From a virus: a DNA stretch of 47,010 bases. The stretch is from the UHGV virus genome UHGV-1364479; one strand, 5' to 3'. A program made the translations under genes and the position numbers. The notes under the pieces are model-generated. The model searched no databases. It saw only the letters and a list, made by a program, of their open reading frames with translations, and was not told where the DNA came from. Positions 10,224-20,400 of this stretch are shown piece after piece (position 1 is the first letter of the stretch; each line of letters begins with the position of its first letter).

Positions 10224-10249
10224 CAAGCCCCTTCACGGGGCTTTTTTAT
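10224..10249. terminator. bidirectional rho-independent terminator (AAGCCCC-TTCAC-GGGGCTT + T6)
   Basis: Between convergent + island and Rz gene. Confidence 0.65.
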
Positions 10250-10724
10250 TACGTAACGAATTATACTGCGCCTCACACGCTAATCCTGCTTCTCTTGCCC
10301 TGTCAGCGTAATCTGCCAGCTGTCGATTTCTTTCGACAGATTTGCTGAGCACGTCTCCAAGCAAAACTCCGGTATCTGCGGCTGGATTGCCAATGGACTC
10401 AGCGGTGGAATATCCGACGAGCTGCTTGCGGATGTTTGCGAGTTGTTGCTGCAACCTACCAGACTTAGCAGCAGCATTGACAGCATCATTGCGCGCAGCA
10501 TCAATCCTTTGCTGTGCGTCGACCTGAATCTTTTGCAGTTCTGCATTGCGTCGTTGCTCCTCTTGTTCGTCTGCGGCCTTCTGTTCGGAGATTGTTTGGG
10601 CTTTGCCTTCTGCGTATCGTTGGTCGCCGTAGTTGATGATTTCGCTACGCGCCCATAACGCGCCAGCAGCAACAATTACAATAATTGCCAGCGGTCGCCA
10701 GTATTTAGTGAGAATTGCCATCAT
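10233..10724 (-). CDS. i-spanin (Rz-like)
   Basis: 163 aa, N-terminal TM (LAIIVIVAAGALWA), Gln/Ala/Arg-rich coiled coil; last gene of lysis cassette. Confidence 0.7.
   Translation of the reverse strand: MMAILTKYWRPLAIIVIVAAGALWARSEIINYGDQRYAEGKAQTISEQKAADEQEEQRRNAELQKIQVDAQQRIDAARNDAVNAAAKSGRLQQQLANIRKQLVGYSTAESIGNPAADTGVLLGDVLSKSVERNRQLADYADRAREAGLACEAQYNSLRNKKAP
10280..10501 (-). CDS. o-spanin (Rz1-like lipoprotein) embedded in +1 frame of Rz
   Basis: Embedded ORF with lipobox MLSMLLLSLVGC, Pro/Ser-rich mature part; exact start (M59/M63/M64) uncertain. Confidence 0.6.
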   Translation of the reverse strand: MLRAMMLSMLLLSLVGCSNNSQTSASSSSDIPPLSPLAIQPQIPEFCLETCSANLSKEIDSWQITLTGQEKQD

Positions 10725-10846
10725 CTTTCAGTGCTCCCGCCAGCCACAGATGTGGGAATGCCATGCAATTGGTCATGAGGTGCAAACCCTTAGTGGTTTG
10801 ATATGCAAAATAAAAACCATTTCGCGCTTTCATGTGGTTATGTATT

Positions 10847-11086
10847 TCACGCATCTTTGCTTTCATCTTTTAACCTCTTATTCGCCTTATTCATGCCGTG
10901 CATCTTGCCGAGGATGCCGACAAGCATGATTGAGTAGCTCACACCTTTGACCACGATTGGCGGTAGCGCTGCCTTCAGGTCTTCTGGCATCATTACCCAT
11001 ACATGCATCATTGCATCAGGCCATAGCTGCAACAGCGAGCAGAACGAAATCCACGCGCCGAGCAGCCAGTTGCTTAGCTTTTTCAT
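10847..11086 (-). CDS. putative holin (two TM segments)
   Basis: 79 aa, hydrophobic stretches LLGAWISFCSLLQLW and VSYSIMLVGILG, charged C-terminus; ATGA overlap with endolysin stop. Confidence 0.5.
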   Translation of the reverse strand: MKKLSNWLLGAWISFCSLLQLWPDAMMHVWVMMPEDLKAALPPIVVKGVSYSIMLVGILGKMHGMNKANKRLKDESKDA

Positions 11087-11547
11087 GCCACAACTCCGCC
11101 AGCGGCCTTATACACATCAATCAGTTTATCCAGTTTCTGCTCATGCTGACCATAACCAGCGCCCGGCAATGAAGCCCAGCGTGAGCGGCATTTATGAATG
11201 GAATCAGCAATGCGACCAGCCTCAATGTCGGTAGTGGCTTTGCATTCGCGAATTAGCTGCATTGCAATAGCGTCCTGCGATGCAGGAGAGAAGTCAGGCA
11301 GGCGCAGTTGCTTTTTGTATGCATCATAAAACTTAGCCAGCACCTGATAGCGCCCTGCGGCGGTGGATTTGATGCCCAGCTTAGGCAGGCTAATCAGCTT
11401 GCGCGGGTGATCGGAATAGTCAGTAAACAGTGAGCCGCCAACAATCACATCATAACCATGGTTATTTGTTTTCTGTCGCCCGTTATCCGTGCCCTCGCTG
11501 TACGCCAGCATATCCAGAAACGCCTTCATGTTTTTGCTAATAGCCAT
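11083..11547 (-). CDS. endolysin, lambda R-type lytic transglycosylase
   Basis: ORF 11083..11628; from M28 the sequence MKAFLDMLAYSEGTDNGRQKTNNHGYDVIVGG...WASLPGAGYGQ closely parallels phage lambda R. Confidence 0.8.
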   Translation of the reverse strand: MAISKNMKAFLDMLAYSEGTDNGRQKTNNHGYDVIVGGSLFTDYSDHPRKLISLPKLGIKSTAAGRYQVLAKFYDAYKKQLRLPDFSPASQDAIAMQLIRECKATTDIEAGRIADSIHKCRSRWASLPGAGYGQHEQKLDKLIDVYKAAGGVVA

Positions 11548-11815
11548 ACCAGTAAACCTCTTTTTCAGCTTTGCGTTTTGCTTTGTTGTCGGTCTTCTCG
11601 CCCCACACAATGAAATGCGCAACAGCACATGAGAAGCAGCGGAGATTGTGTTTCTTCAGAAGCGTTGATTTGCGGAAAACGTCAATGCCAATGTCGGTAG
11701 CGAGACTTGTTAGCGCATCGAACTGATTCTGCGTCGTCTCGGTGGTGATGTAAGGCGATATATCCACAGCATCGGTGACTCCAAGCGTCTCTTTGCCGCG
11801 TTGCGATAGTTTCAT
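11537..11815 (-). CDS. GH24 (P22 gp19-type) lysozyme C-terminal fragment lacking the catalytic Glu-Asp-Thr region
   Basis: 92 aa; TTQNQFDALTSLATDIGIDVFRKSTLLKKHNLRCF parallels P22 lysozyme LNQNQYDALCSLIFNIGKSAFAGSTVLRQLNLKNY; own RBS CAGGAGG; overlaps intact endolysin by 11 nt. Confidence 0.5.
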   Translation of the reverse strand: MKLSQRGKETLGVTDAVDISPYITTETTQNQFDALTSLATDIGIDVFRKSTLLKKHNLRCFSCAVAHFIVWGEKTDNKAKRKAEKEVYWYGY

Positions 11816-11835
11816 TCTGCCTCCTGTTCAAATAA

Positions 11836-11853
11836 TGATTAATTCTATCACAA
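11836..11853 (-). promoter_or_regulatory. extended -10 promoter element TTGTGATAGAAT upstream of lysis cassette
   Basis: Minus-strand TTGTGATAGAATTAAT 35 nt before RBS; the same 12-mer precedes the terminase small subunit at 20883-20894. Confidence 0.4.
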
Positions 11854-11859
11854 TGGCTA

Positions 11860-11890
11860 TTGACGTAGATTGAGTGGTGGTGCATAGTAT
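11860..11890 (+). promoter_or_regulatory. sigma70-like promoter TTGACG-N17/19-(CATAGT/TAGTAT) of the conserved TTGACGTAGA family
   Basis: ttgacgtagattgagtggtggtgcatagtat; drives + island 11920-13221. Confidence 0.5.
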
Positions 11891-11919
11891 CTACATCAAA
11901 TGATGAGCGAGAAAGTAAT

Positions 11920-12063
11920 CATGGTAATAGTCAAATTCAAAGAAAGCGGTTGTCGCAGAATGTTCAACCTTGAGCAAATCAAAATCCGCCCGTGCGGGAA
12001 AGTTGTTGCGCCATTTGGTCTGGTGCAGATGCGTGAATGCGAGATTGTTGAATATATTAAGTG
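11920..12063 (+). CDS. hypothetical protein, 47 aa
   Basis: First ORF after promoter; weak RBS. Confidence 0.25.
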
Positions 12064-12072
12064 AGGTTGGTG

Positions 12073-12342
12073 ATGACGCAGCGCGAAGTGTACCAATTAT
12101 TTACTGAATGGTTTGATTCTGTTGAGTTCGCAGATATGACCGATGGCGAAAAGGATAAGCTCTGGCATGGTTTCTCTGTTGGCTATAGCCACGGTAACAA
12201 TAAATCCATGCTCGCCGCGCTACAACAACTACTGGGAATCTACGACGACCACTCCGGCAAGGTCTGGACAACGTCAAGCAAGCGTCGTGCTCTGGATAAT
12301 TCGCGTGCGGCGGTTAATAAAGCACTAGGAGAAACAAAATGA
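12073..12342 (+). CDS. hypothetical protein, 89 aa
   Basis: ORF 12061..12342; ATG 12073 after GAGGTTGGTG. Confidence 0.5.
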   Translation: MTQREVYQLFTEWFDSVEFADMTDGEKDKLWHGFSVGYSHGNNKSMLAALQQLLGIYDDHSGKVWTTSSKRRALDNSRAAVNKALGETK

Positions 12343-12908
12343 AACTTATCGACCTACTAATTCAAGAATTGCCTAAGCGTGGTGGGTGGCCTGATGGTGT
12401 AACTCATATCGGGCAAGATTATGACGGCGAGCTAATGTTTTATGGTAGAGGTAACGTAATGACAGAAATCCTCCTTGATGAACTGGCGATTGATCGCAGA
12501 AAGCGTGGCGAGACTGGAGCAAAAATCACCAGAGACCAATACGAATCCGCACTCGCTGCATCGCAAAAGCCAGCATGGAAAGGAGAAGGTCTTCCGCCTT
12601 CTGGTATTGAGTGTGAGGCTAGATTGCGTTGCAATGATGGTGAGTGGTTTTTCTTTCGCTGCGTTGGTGTTGATTGCGGCGTGGCATTTGGTTGGGCAGG
12701 AAAAGACGCCGTCACTCTTGGAAAAGGAAGTTATGAATTCCGCCCACTCCGAACAGAAGCAGAAAGGAAGCGCGACGATGCCGTCGAGCAAATGATGAAA
12801 TTCGCAACAATCCATACCACTAAGGGACTTGGCTTAGATTTAGCATTGCGCTCCTGCTACGACGCCATCTCAGCAGGTAAAATTCCCGGCGTGAAACTGG
12901 AGGATTAA
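12339..12908 (+). CDS. hypothetical protein, 189 aa
   Basis: ATGA coupling at 12339. Confidence 0.55.
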   Translation: MKLIDLLIQELPKRGGWPDGVTHIGQDYDGELMFYGRGNVMTEILLDELAIDRRKRGETGAKITRDQYESALAASQKPAWKGEGLPPSGIECEARLRCNDGEWFFFRCVGVDCGVAFGWAGKDAVTLGKGSYEFRPLRTEAERKRDDAVEQMMKFATIHTTKGLGLDLALRSCYDAISAGKIPGVKLED

Positions 12909-12910
12909 AC

Positions 12911-13144
12911 ATGTTCCCAGAGAAAATAAACATTGCCATAACCCACTGGAAAACATCTGACGGAAATGTTTTTACTGACCAGTCTGCCGCAAAGATTCAC
13001 CAAGCAGTTATTGATGGGGATGCGAGGATTTGCCCTAAATGTAATGGCACTGGAATGGTTGACCCATATGGTGATGGAAGGACTGAATTTCCATGCCAAG
13101 AATGCACGGGAGGATATCAATTTAAAAGTGAAACGTGGAGATGA
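12911..13144 (+). CDS. hypothetical Zn-ribbon protein, 77 aa (CPKC...CQEC)
   Basis: RBS CTGGAGG before ATG. Confidence 0.5.
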   Translation: MFPEKINIAITHWKTSDGNVFTDQSAAKIHQAVIDGDARICPKCNGTGMVDPYGDGRTEFPCQECTGGYQFKSETWR

Positions 13145-13221
13145 TTAAAACCATATTCAGCGTCGTAGAGATATTGTGCTATGCGATAATAATATTCGTT
13201 CTGTGCATGTTGACAAGATAA
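13141..13221 (+). CDS. 26-aa hydrophobic peptide (MIKTIFSVVEILCYAIIIFVLCMLTR)
   Basis: ATGA overlap with previous stop; followed by terminator. Confidence 0.25.
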   Translation: MIKTIFSVVEILCYAIIIFVLCMLTR

Positions 13222-13232
13222 AACAAAAGACC

Positions 13233-15579
<2,347 letters not shown>

Positions 15580-15588
15580 TCACCAATA

Positions 15589-15612
15589 AAAAATCCCCAA
15601 TTAAGGGGATTA
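15589..15612 (-). terminator. minus-strand terminator/attenuator (AATCCCC-TTAATT-GGGGATT + U6) upstream of portal gene
   Basis: Hairpin followed by TTTTTT on minus strand. Confidence 0.5.
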
Positions 15613-15629
15613 TATCATGGTACACCTGG

Positions 15630-15821
15630 TCAGAATAAGTCATCCCATTTATCATGGATTATCCATGATGTTTTGCATTTCCTGCATTTAAACTTAATGT
15701 CATCAGATAACCATGATATCAGTTGAACTTGAGATGAGCCGCAGTTATCGCAGCATGAAGCTTTGCGCTCAGCGCTTTTTCTTCTGTCGTAATTTCTGAG
15801 CGCCCTACCAACAAAATCCAT
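15630..15821 (-). CDS. hypothetical Zn-finger protein, 63 aa (CCDNCGSS...CRKC)
   Basis: ORF; 5' third overlaps neighbouring ORF, start uncertain. Confidence 0.35.
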   Translation of the reverse strand: MDFVGRALRNYDRRKSAERKASCCDNCGSSQVQLISWLSDDIKFKCRKCKTSWIIHDKWDDLF

Positions 15822-16012
15822 CGCTCCACATTTTCGAATTTATCAATGACAACATCGATGCCCTGCTCTCGTAGCTTGGCAACCGCAGCATCAGAAAAGA
15901 ATTTATCGAACGCCGTCACGGCGCTATCAGCAATTGCGATTCTTCCTATCTTCTGGGCAACACACCCATTATCCAGTACGGCTTCAGCATGAATAAAATA
16001 AACGCTCATCAC
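15719..16012 (-). CDS. hypothetical protein, 97 aa
   Basis: ORF, ATGA coupling with upstream gene. Confidence 0.45.
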   Translation of the reverse strand: MMSVYFIHAEAVLDNGCVAQKIGRIAIADSAVTAFDKFFSDAAVAKLREQGIDVVIDKFENVERWILLVGRSEITTEEKALSAKLHAAITAAHLKFN

Positions 16013-16206
16013 TCAACCTCCTCACCATTAACCCAGCATTGCAGGACTTTGATTAGTTGCTCGGCTTGATGTTTGTCAATGCCAATAAATGACTCAACAC
16101 CTGAGCCATTCTCTTGATAGAACTCCACAACAGGAGTTCTATCCTCAAGCTCTTGCTCAGTTACGTGCATGTCATATGCGTTTTCTGTTTCTTCAATTTT
16201 CATCAC
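16009..16206 (-). CDS. hypothetical acidic protein, 65 aa
   Basis: ORF. Confidence 0.45.
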   Translation of the reverse strand: MMKIEETENAYDMHVTEQELEDRTPVVEFYQENGSGVESFIGIDKHQAEQLIKVLQCWVNGEEVE

Positions 16207-16212
16207 ATCACC

Positions 16213-16647
16213 TCAACAAAGTTCACCATCAGTTACCATCAGCAACTTCTGCCATTTAGCCACCGGTTTGCACATCTCGGCCTTCAACCTGCTTAACGAA
16301 CCTGTGATATCAGTCCACTCAGTAAACGGAACAAACCGCACAAACCGGTAATCAGCACCAGACCAATGCCAGCCGAGCGTGTAGTCGATGTATGTGCCAT
16401 CAGCCTGCATATTGATGTAATGCGCGGTCACTGACTTATCATCAATCACCACAACTTCAACCACTGCACACGAGCTACCATCCCGCGCACGGTTTACTGC
16501 ATTTAGGTGGCAGGCGTGGTTGTACAGGCCAGTGCCATCAATGAATGATATATCAATCTTTTTGGTGTATTTCTTATCCGCAGCGTCGCGGATTATTTTT
16601 TTTAGTTTATTTCTGAACATGATTAACTCACCACCAATTAATTTCAT
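16213..16647 (-). CDS. hypothetical protein, about 144 aa
   Basis: Track ORF 16213..16656 uses TTG; ATG at 16647 or 16620 more likely. Confidence 0.45.
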   Translation of the reverse strand: MKLIGGELIMFRNKLKKIIRDAADKKYTKKIDISFIDGTGLYNHACHLNAVNRARDGSSCAVVEVVVIDDKSVTAHYINMQADGTYIDYTLGWHWSGADYRFVRFVPFTEWTDITGSLSRLKAEMCKPVAKWQKLLMVTDGELC

Positions 16648-16928
16648 CACCGGCAAATCTTGACAACATAGTCAATCTTGTTGGCATTAAAGTGGACGCC
16701 ATTAAATGCAGCTTCTACACTTTGATAAGTTCCGTTATTTCTGCGAACACCCAACTTCTTGCAAATAACCATTGGTTCCCCCGTCTCTGGTACGGCAATC
16801 CAATTACTGCCATCAATTAGCACATCACAGCCAAATACCAATCTGTGACGGGCTTTGCTATGAACATATAATCCACCAATGCGCTTCGGTATAATCTGAC
16901 CTTTTTTAAATAGTTCACCACTCATCAC
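16647..16928 (-). CDS. hypothetical protein, 93 aa
   Basis: RBS GAGAGGGTG before ATGATG. Confidence 0.45.
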   Translation of the reverse strand: MMSGELFKKGQIIPKRIGGLYVHSKARHRLVFGCDVLIDGSNWIAVPETGEPMVICKKLGVRRNNGTYQSVEAAFNGVHFNANKIDYVVKICR

Positions 16929-16929
16929 A

Positions 16930-17136
16930 TCACCCTCTCAAAAAATCATTCTTGCAGCAGATACCTTTGTACCCACGCTTCTCTTGCAGGTTAACGAAGA
17001 CATCATCCAGAACGCGCAGCAGAAAATCCTCGTCGATATCATATCGACGGCAAATCACATCATCAGGCACTCCAGCCCGCGCCAGTGAATAAACCTGCTC
17101 TTTTTCCTCCTGTGTGAATCCTGCATAGCTGCGCAT
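16930..17136 (-). CDS. hypothetical protein, 68 aa (MRSYAGFTQEEKEQ...)
   Basis: Track ORF 16930..17289 reads through the promoter region; internal M52 is the plausible start. Confidence 0.4.
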   Translation of the reverse strand: MRSYAGFTQEEKEQVYSLARAGVPDDVICRRYDIDEDFLLRVLDDVFVNLQEKRGYKGICCKNDFLRG

Positions 17137-17287
17137 AGTGATATCTCCGATAAACCTGATGTAGATTATACTATGCGCTCGGTGTAGATTAATCAAGTGT
17201 GGTGATGCAGATTTATCAACAATAACAAATGTTGACGTAGAAATGGTGGTGATGTAGATTGATGACAAACAACAAACAGGAGTTAAC
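17137..17287. promoter_or_regulatory. divergent promoter region with four GTAGATT/GCAGATT copies; rightward TTGACG-N17-TAGATT (17232-17260) and leftward TTGATT-N17-TAGTAT
   Basis: gatgtagattatac, gtgtagattaatc, gatgcagatttatc, ttgacgtagaaatggtggtgatgtagatt. Confidence 0.55.
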
Positions 17288-17752
17288 ATGCTTTCGGTAA
17301 TTTATATAGCAGCAATATGCGCAGCAAATTTCTCAGTGCATTTATTTGGACCAGCAATCACTCCAGTAAATGCGTTTCTGTTTATTGGCCTTGATTTTGT
17401 GGTCAGGGATAAGTTGCATGAGAGAGTCGGTGTCAGGAAAATAATAGTTCTTATATGTGTCGCTGGGGTGTTGAGTTATTTGATTAACCCAGCCACCGAT
17501 ATGATTGCCGTCGCAAGTGTTGCTTCGTTCGCCATCGCAACTCTGACAGACGCATCTGTATACCAGCTACTAATAAAAAAGCACTGGCTGATAAAGTCCA
17601 ACGCAAGCAATGTAGCGGCGTCAGCTGTTGATTCGGTCATTTTTCCGCTTATTGCCTTTGGTTACTTTATGCCGCTAGTTGTCGCTGGTCAATTTGTGGC
17701 TAAAGTTTGTGGGGGTGCTGCATGGTCATTAATCTTGAGGAAAATAAAATGA
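17288..17752 (+). CDS. YhhQ/DUF165-family membrane protein (queuosine-precursor transporter-like)
   Basis: 154 aa, 5-6 TM helices; RBS CAGGAG; segment FLFIGLDFVVRDK...RKIIVLICVAGVLSYLI and ...DASVYQLL...W...SNASNV...DSVIFPLIAF parallel my recollection of E. coli YhhQ. Confidence 0.5.
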   Translation: MLSVIYIAAICAANFSVHLFGPAITPVNAFLFIGLDFVVRDKLHERVGVRKIIVLICVAGVLSYLINPATDMIAVASVASFAIATLTDASVYQLLIKKHWLIKSNASNVAASAVDSVIFPLIAFGYFMPLVVAGQFVAKVCGGAAWSLILRKIK

Positions 17753-18534
17753 TACATCATTATCACGGTCTACCAATATGGGGTGATGGAGTAATGGAGA
17801 TCGCAACCAGAGGTAGCGGTGCATTTGTATCACACGCATGGCCTCAGCAAGCCCAAAAAGCACTTGATTCCGCTGGCAGCGTGGCATTTGATAATGGCGC
17901 ATTCAGTGCATGGAGAAGCGGGAGGCCAGTGAAGGACTGGACACCATTTTATCAGTGGCTTATGAGGCATTACCACAATGAGAAACTTGAATTTTTCATT
18001 ATTCCAGACGTAATTGATGGAAATGAGGAAGACAACGACAAGCTCATTGACAGTCTGCCATCAATGTTTAAAGAGAAAGCCGTTCCGACATGGCACTTGC
18101 ATGAATCAACAGACAGGCTTGTCAGGTTATGCGAAGAGTGGCCAAAGGTGTGCTTTGGATCATCCGGCGAGTATGCTGTGATAAGAACTAAGCGCTGGCA
18201 CGAAAGAATGACGGAAGCATTCACAGAGATTTACATCAAAAGAAACCTAAAAACAAAAATTCATGGCTTGCGAATGCTTGATGGAAGAGTTCTTGGTAAC
18301 TACCCACTCCACACGGCTGACAGCACAAATCTTGCGTGCAACGTGCCAAAATTTGATAAGAAGTATCCTGAATTAACGCGAGCAATAATTGAGGCGGAAT
18401 ACAGTAAGTCTCTTGATGCAAGGGAGTTGAAACAAACAATTCTAAGAGGTAGAGCAGCAGTATTGAAAGGAGCTGTGGAGAACGTTAAGCCACCATCAAT
18501 TGAAGAATGGATTCAAAAACAAGCCCTCAGATGA
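17749..18534 (+). CDS. DpdA-like tRNA-guanine-transglycosylase-family protein (candidate 7-deazaguanine DNA transglycosylase)
   Basis: 261 aa from ATG 17749 (ATGA-coupled to yhhQ-like stop, RBS GAGGAAAA); assignment rests on the YhhQ-like neighbour plus weak TGT-like motifs (GSSGEY, IHGLRML). Confidence 0.4.
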   Translation: MIHHYHGLPIWGDGVMEIATRGSGAFVSHAWPQQAQKALDSAGSVAFDNGAFSAWRSGRPVKDWTPFYQWLMRHYHNEKLEFFIIPDVIDGNEEDNDKLIDSLPSMFKEKAVPTWHLHESTDRLVRLCEEWPKVCFGSSGEYAVIRTKRWHERMTEAFTEIYIKRNLKTKIHGLRMLDGRVLGNYPLHTADSTNLACNVPKFDKKYPELTRAIIEAEYSKSLDARELKQTILRGRAAVLKGAVENVKPPSIEEWIQKQALR

Positions 18535-18548
18535 GGGCTTTATTTTTA
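18519..18548. terminator. bidirectional terminator (AAGCCCTCA-G-ATGAGGGCTT + T-run)
   Basis: Hairpin contains the DpdA-like stop; sits between convergent DpdA-like and terminase large subunit genes. Confidence 0.65.
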
Positions 18549-19853
18549 ACGCCTGCGCCGGATTAGCATTGCTGCCATTGGTCGTACGAGTGGGAACTTA
18601 TTATAAATGTAATAATCAGCCGCATCGTTCGGGTGGTCATTATCGTGAGTTTTGTCTGGCTCTCCCTGCTTGTTGTAAATCTGCTGCTCTCTCGCCTCAG
18701 TGTAGATTGGACACAGCTTTGTATTTACCTTGTATCTGCGCTCGCCTTCGGCGTTACAGAACATCGCGTTAACGGAGTTGATACGGTCTCGTACTGGTGG
18801 GTTCTTACTGTCAGCCATAACATGAAAGCCAGCATCTCTCAGTAGGGCTATATCAGACGTGCCAGCGTTCACGGTTTTGCGACTGCCGCCTGATGCATCG
18901 GGATAAACGTAAATTTCACACAGCTTCTCAAACTCACCATTTGATGTCTCCCTCCATAAACGCTGCTTGATTAACCGAATCATTTCTGGCGTATCGTAAG
19001 CACCAAGTATCTCGCCAACTGCGATCGGGTCGCCATCCCTTTCGACATGAATAATCGCAGACATCTTGCCCACGTTGAAGTCCATACCTACATGAGCTGG
19101 TTCACCAGCCTTGTATTCCTCATCGCTGTGATTAAGATTCCTGTCGAATTGAGGATAAACAGTGCCAGACGTAAGGTTTACAAACTCACCCTGCAAATAG
19201 GCTTCAATGAGTTGCGGCGGGTAGCTATCGCGCAGTGACTGAACGTAATCATCAGGCAGGAAAGGGTTACTCATAGTGCTTGCCTGCACCATTTCATACC
19301 CATCCTTTTTGTTCTTTACCCATCTGTCATAAACAAACCGGAACCCTTCAGGGGTGGAGAATATACCAACGGTATTCATCGGCTTACCTGACGTGTCAGT
19401 ATATGTTCTCGGTCGTTGGCGGTTACGGGCAATTATTTTTATCCACGCCTCAGATGCGTGTTCTTGCTTAAGCGTATCAATTTCGTCAATCTTTGCCCGG
19501 AACGACTCATAGCCGACTATTCGTGCTGGATTATCCAGAGTCCTGAGAACAAAATCACCCATCTGCCCTGATGACGTGTAGATTATGTTCTCTGCCTTGT
19601 TGTATTTGTATCGGACGCCCCAGTCGATTAATTTCTCCTCCATGCGGGGGGCAAGAATAAGACGCACCAGGTCATAAGTCGGCTGATACATGGCTATAAG
19701 TGAGTCAGAACCACCCTCGAGACTATCAAGCAATGCAGAGTTACACATAGTCTCTGACTTCCCAGTACCAAAGCCAGCGATAAAAGCCGGGAATTTACAA
19801 TTGAGGTTCATGAACCTTGCCTGAGGCTCGGTTAGTGTCATCTTAATTTCCAT
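18546..19853 (-). CDS. terminase large subunit
   Basis: 435 aa; N-terminal ATPase with Walker A FIAGFGTGKSE; C-terminal nuclease-type acidic motifs; downstream of terminase small subunit. Confidence 0.85.
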   Translation of the reverse strand: MEIKMTLTEPQARFMNLNCKFPAFIAGFGTGKSETMCNSALLDSLEGGSDSLIAMYQPTYDLVRLILAPRMEEKLIDWGVRYKYNKAENIIYTSSGQMGDFVLRTLDNPARIVGYESFRAKIDEIDTLKQEHASEAWIKIIARNRQRPRTYTDTSGKPMNTVGIFSTPEGFRFVYDRWVKNKKDGYEMVQASTMSNPFLPDDYVQSLRDSYPPQLIEAYLQGEFVNLTSGTVYPQFDRNLNHSDEEYKAGEPAHVGMDFNVGKMSAIIHVERDGDPIAVGEILGAYDTPEMIRLIKQRLWRETSNGEFEKLCEIYVYPDASGGSRKTVNAGTSDIALLRDAGFHVMADSKNPPVRDRINSVNAMFCNAEGERRYKVNTKLCPIYTEAREQQIYNKQGEPDKTHDNDHPNDAADYYIYNKFPLVRPMAAMLIRRRR

Positions 19854-20355
19854 GATTGCTAAACTCCATGAACATCTTATCAGCCGCTAACTTATACGCC
19901 TCATGTGCAAGTTCCGGCGTATCAAAAAAACCAAGGTGAATCTTCCTACCGTTAAATTTTATGTAAGCCTCGTACTTCCCGGTAGCCTTGAAAAGGCTCA
20001 CCCCCTTAAATCCGGAAGTATTATGTGATGGTCTATTCATGTTCCATTTATTGTTAGATGACGTTGCCAATCTCAGGTTTGATATGTCGTTATTTGATGG
20101 GTTTGTATCTATATGATCGACCTCCATACCTTCAGGGATTGGTCCGTTAAACATCTCCCATATAATACGGTGCGCAAGTAGCAGCTTCCCGTAAACGCGC
20201 ACATACCTGTAACCGTTCCTTCCAATGTTGCCAGCCTCCTTACCAGCATATTTATTTTTGTGTACTGAGTATCCTCTTTTGGTTTTGAATGATTCCTCAT
20301 TGCGTAAAACCCAATACAGCTTACCATTGGCGTAACGAAAATAATCTTCATGCAT
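19843..20355 (-). CDS. HNH endonuclease with AP2-type DNA-binding domain (homing-endonuclease-like)
   Basis: 170 aa; HNH motif EVDHIDTNPSNNDISNLRLATSSNN; C-terminal NTSGFKGVS...GKYEAYIKFNGRKIHLGFFDTPELAHEAYK is an AP2 domain. Confidence 0.75.
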   Translation of the reverse strand: MHEDYFRYANGKLYWVLRNEESFKTKRGYSVHKNKYAGKEAGNIGRNGYRYVRVYGKLLLAHRIIWEMFNGPIPEGMEVDHIDTNPSNNDISNLRLATSSNNKWNMNRPSHNTSGFKGVSLFKATGKYEAYIKFNGRKIHLGFFDTPELAHEAYKLAADKMFMEFSNHGN

Positions 20356-20400
20356 ATGAACCTCCGCGATTTACTCAATCATATCACAAAGGTTCGTGTT

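Noticed and set aside
10633-10929. 98-aa + strand ORF spanning the holin and Rz intergenic region
   Set aside because: It is antisense to the lysis genes and has no RBS. The 53-aa minus-strand ORF 10705-10866 fits the operon better, though it too is unconfirmed.
16930-17289. 119-aa version of the minus-strand ORF starting at 17289
   Set aside because: Its N-terminal 51 aa are a translation of the divergent promoter region (multiple GTAGATT copies) and lack an RBS. The internal Met 17136 is used instead.
19560-19585. GTGTAGATT copy inside the terminase large subunit coding sequence as another member of the promoter family
   Set aside because: It lacks a -35 at 17-bp spacing and lies within a coding region, so it is probably a chance occurrence.
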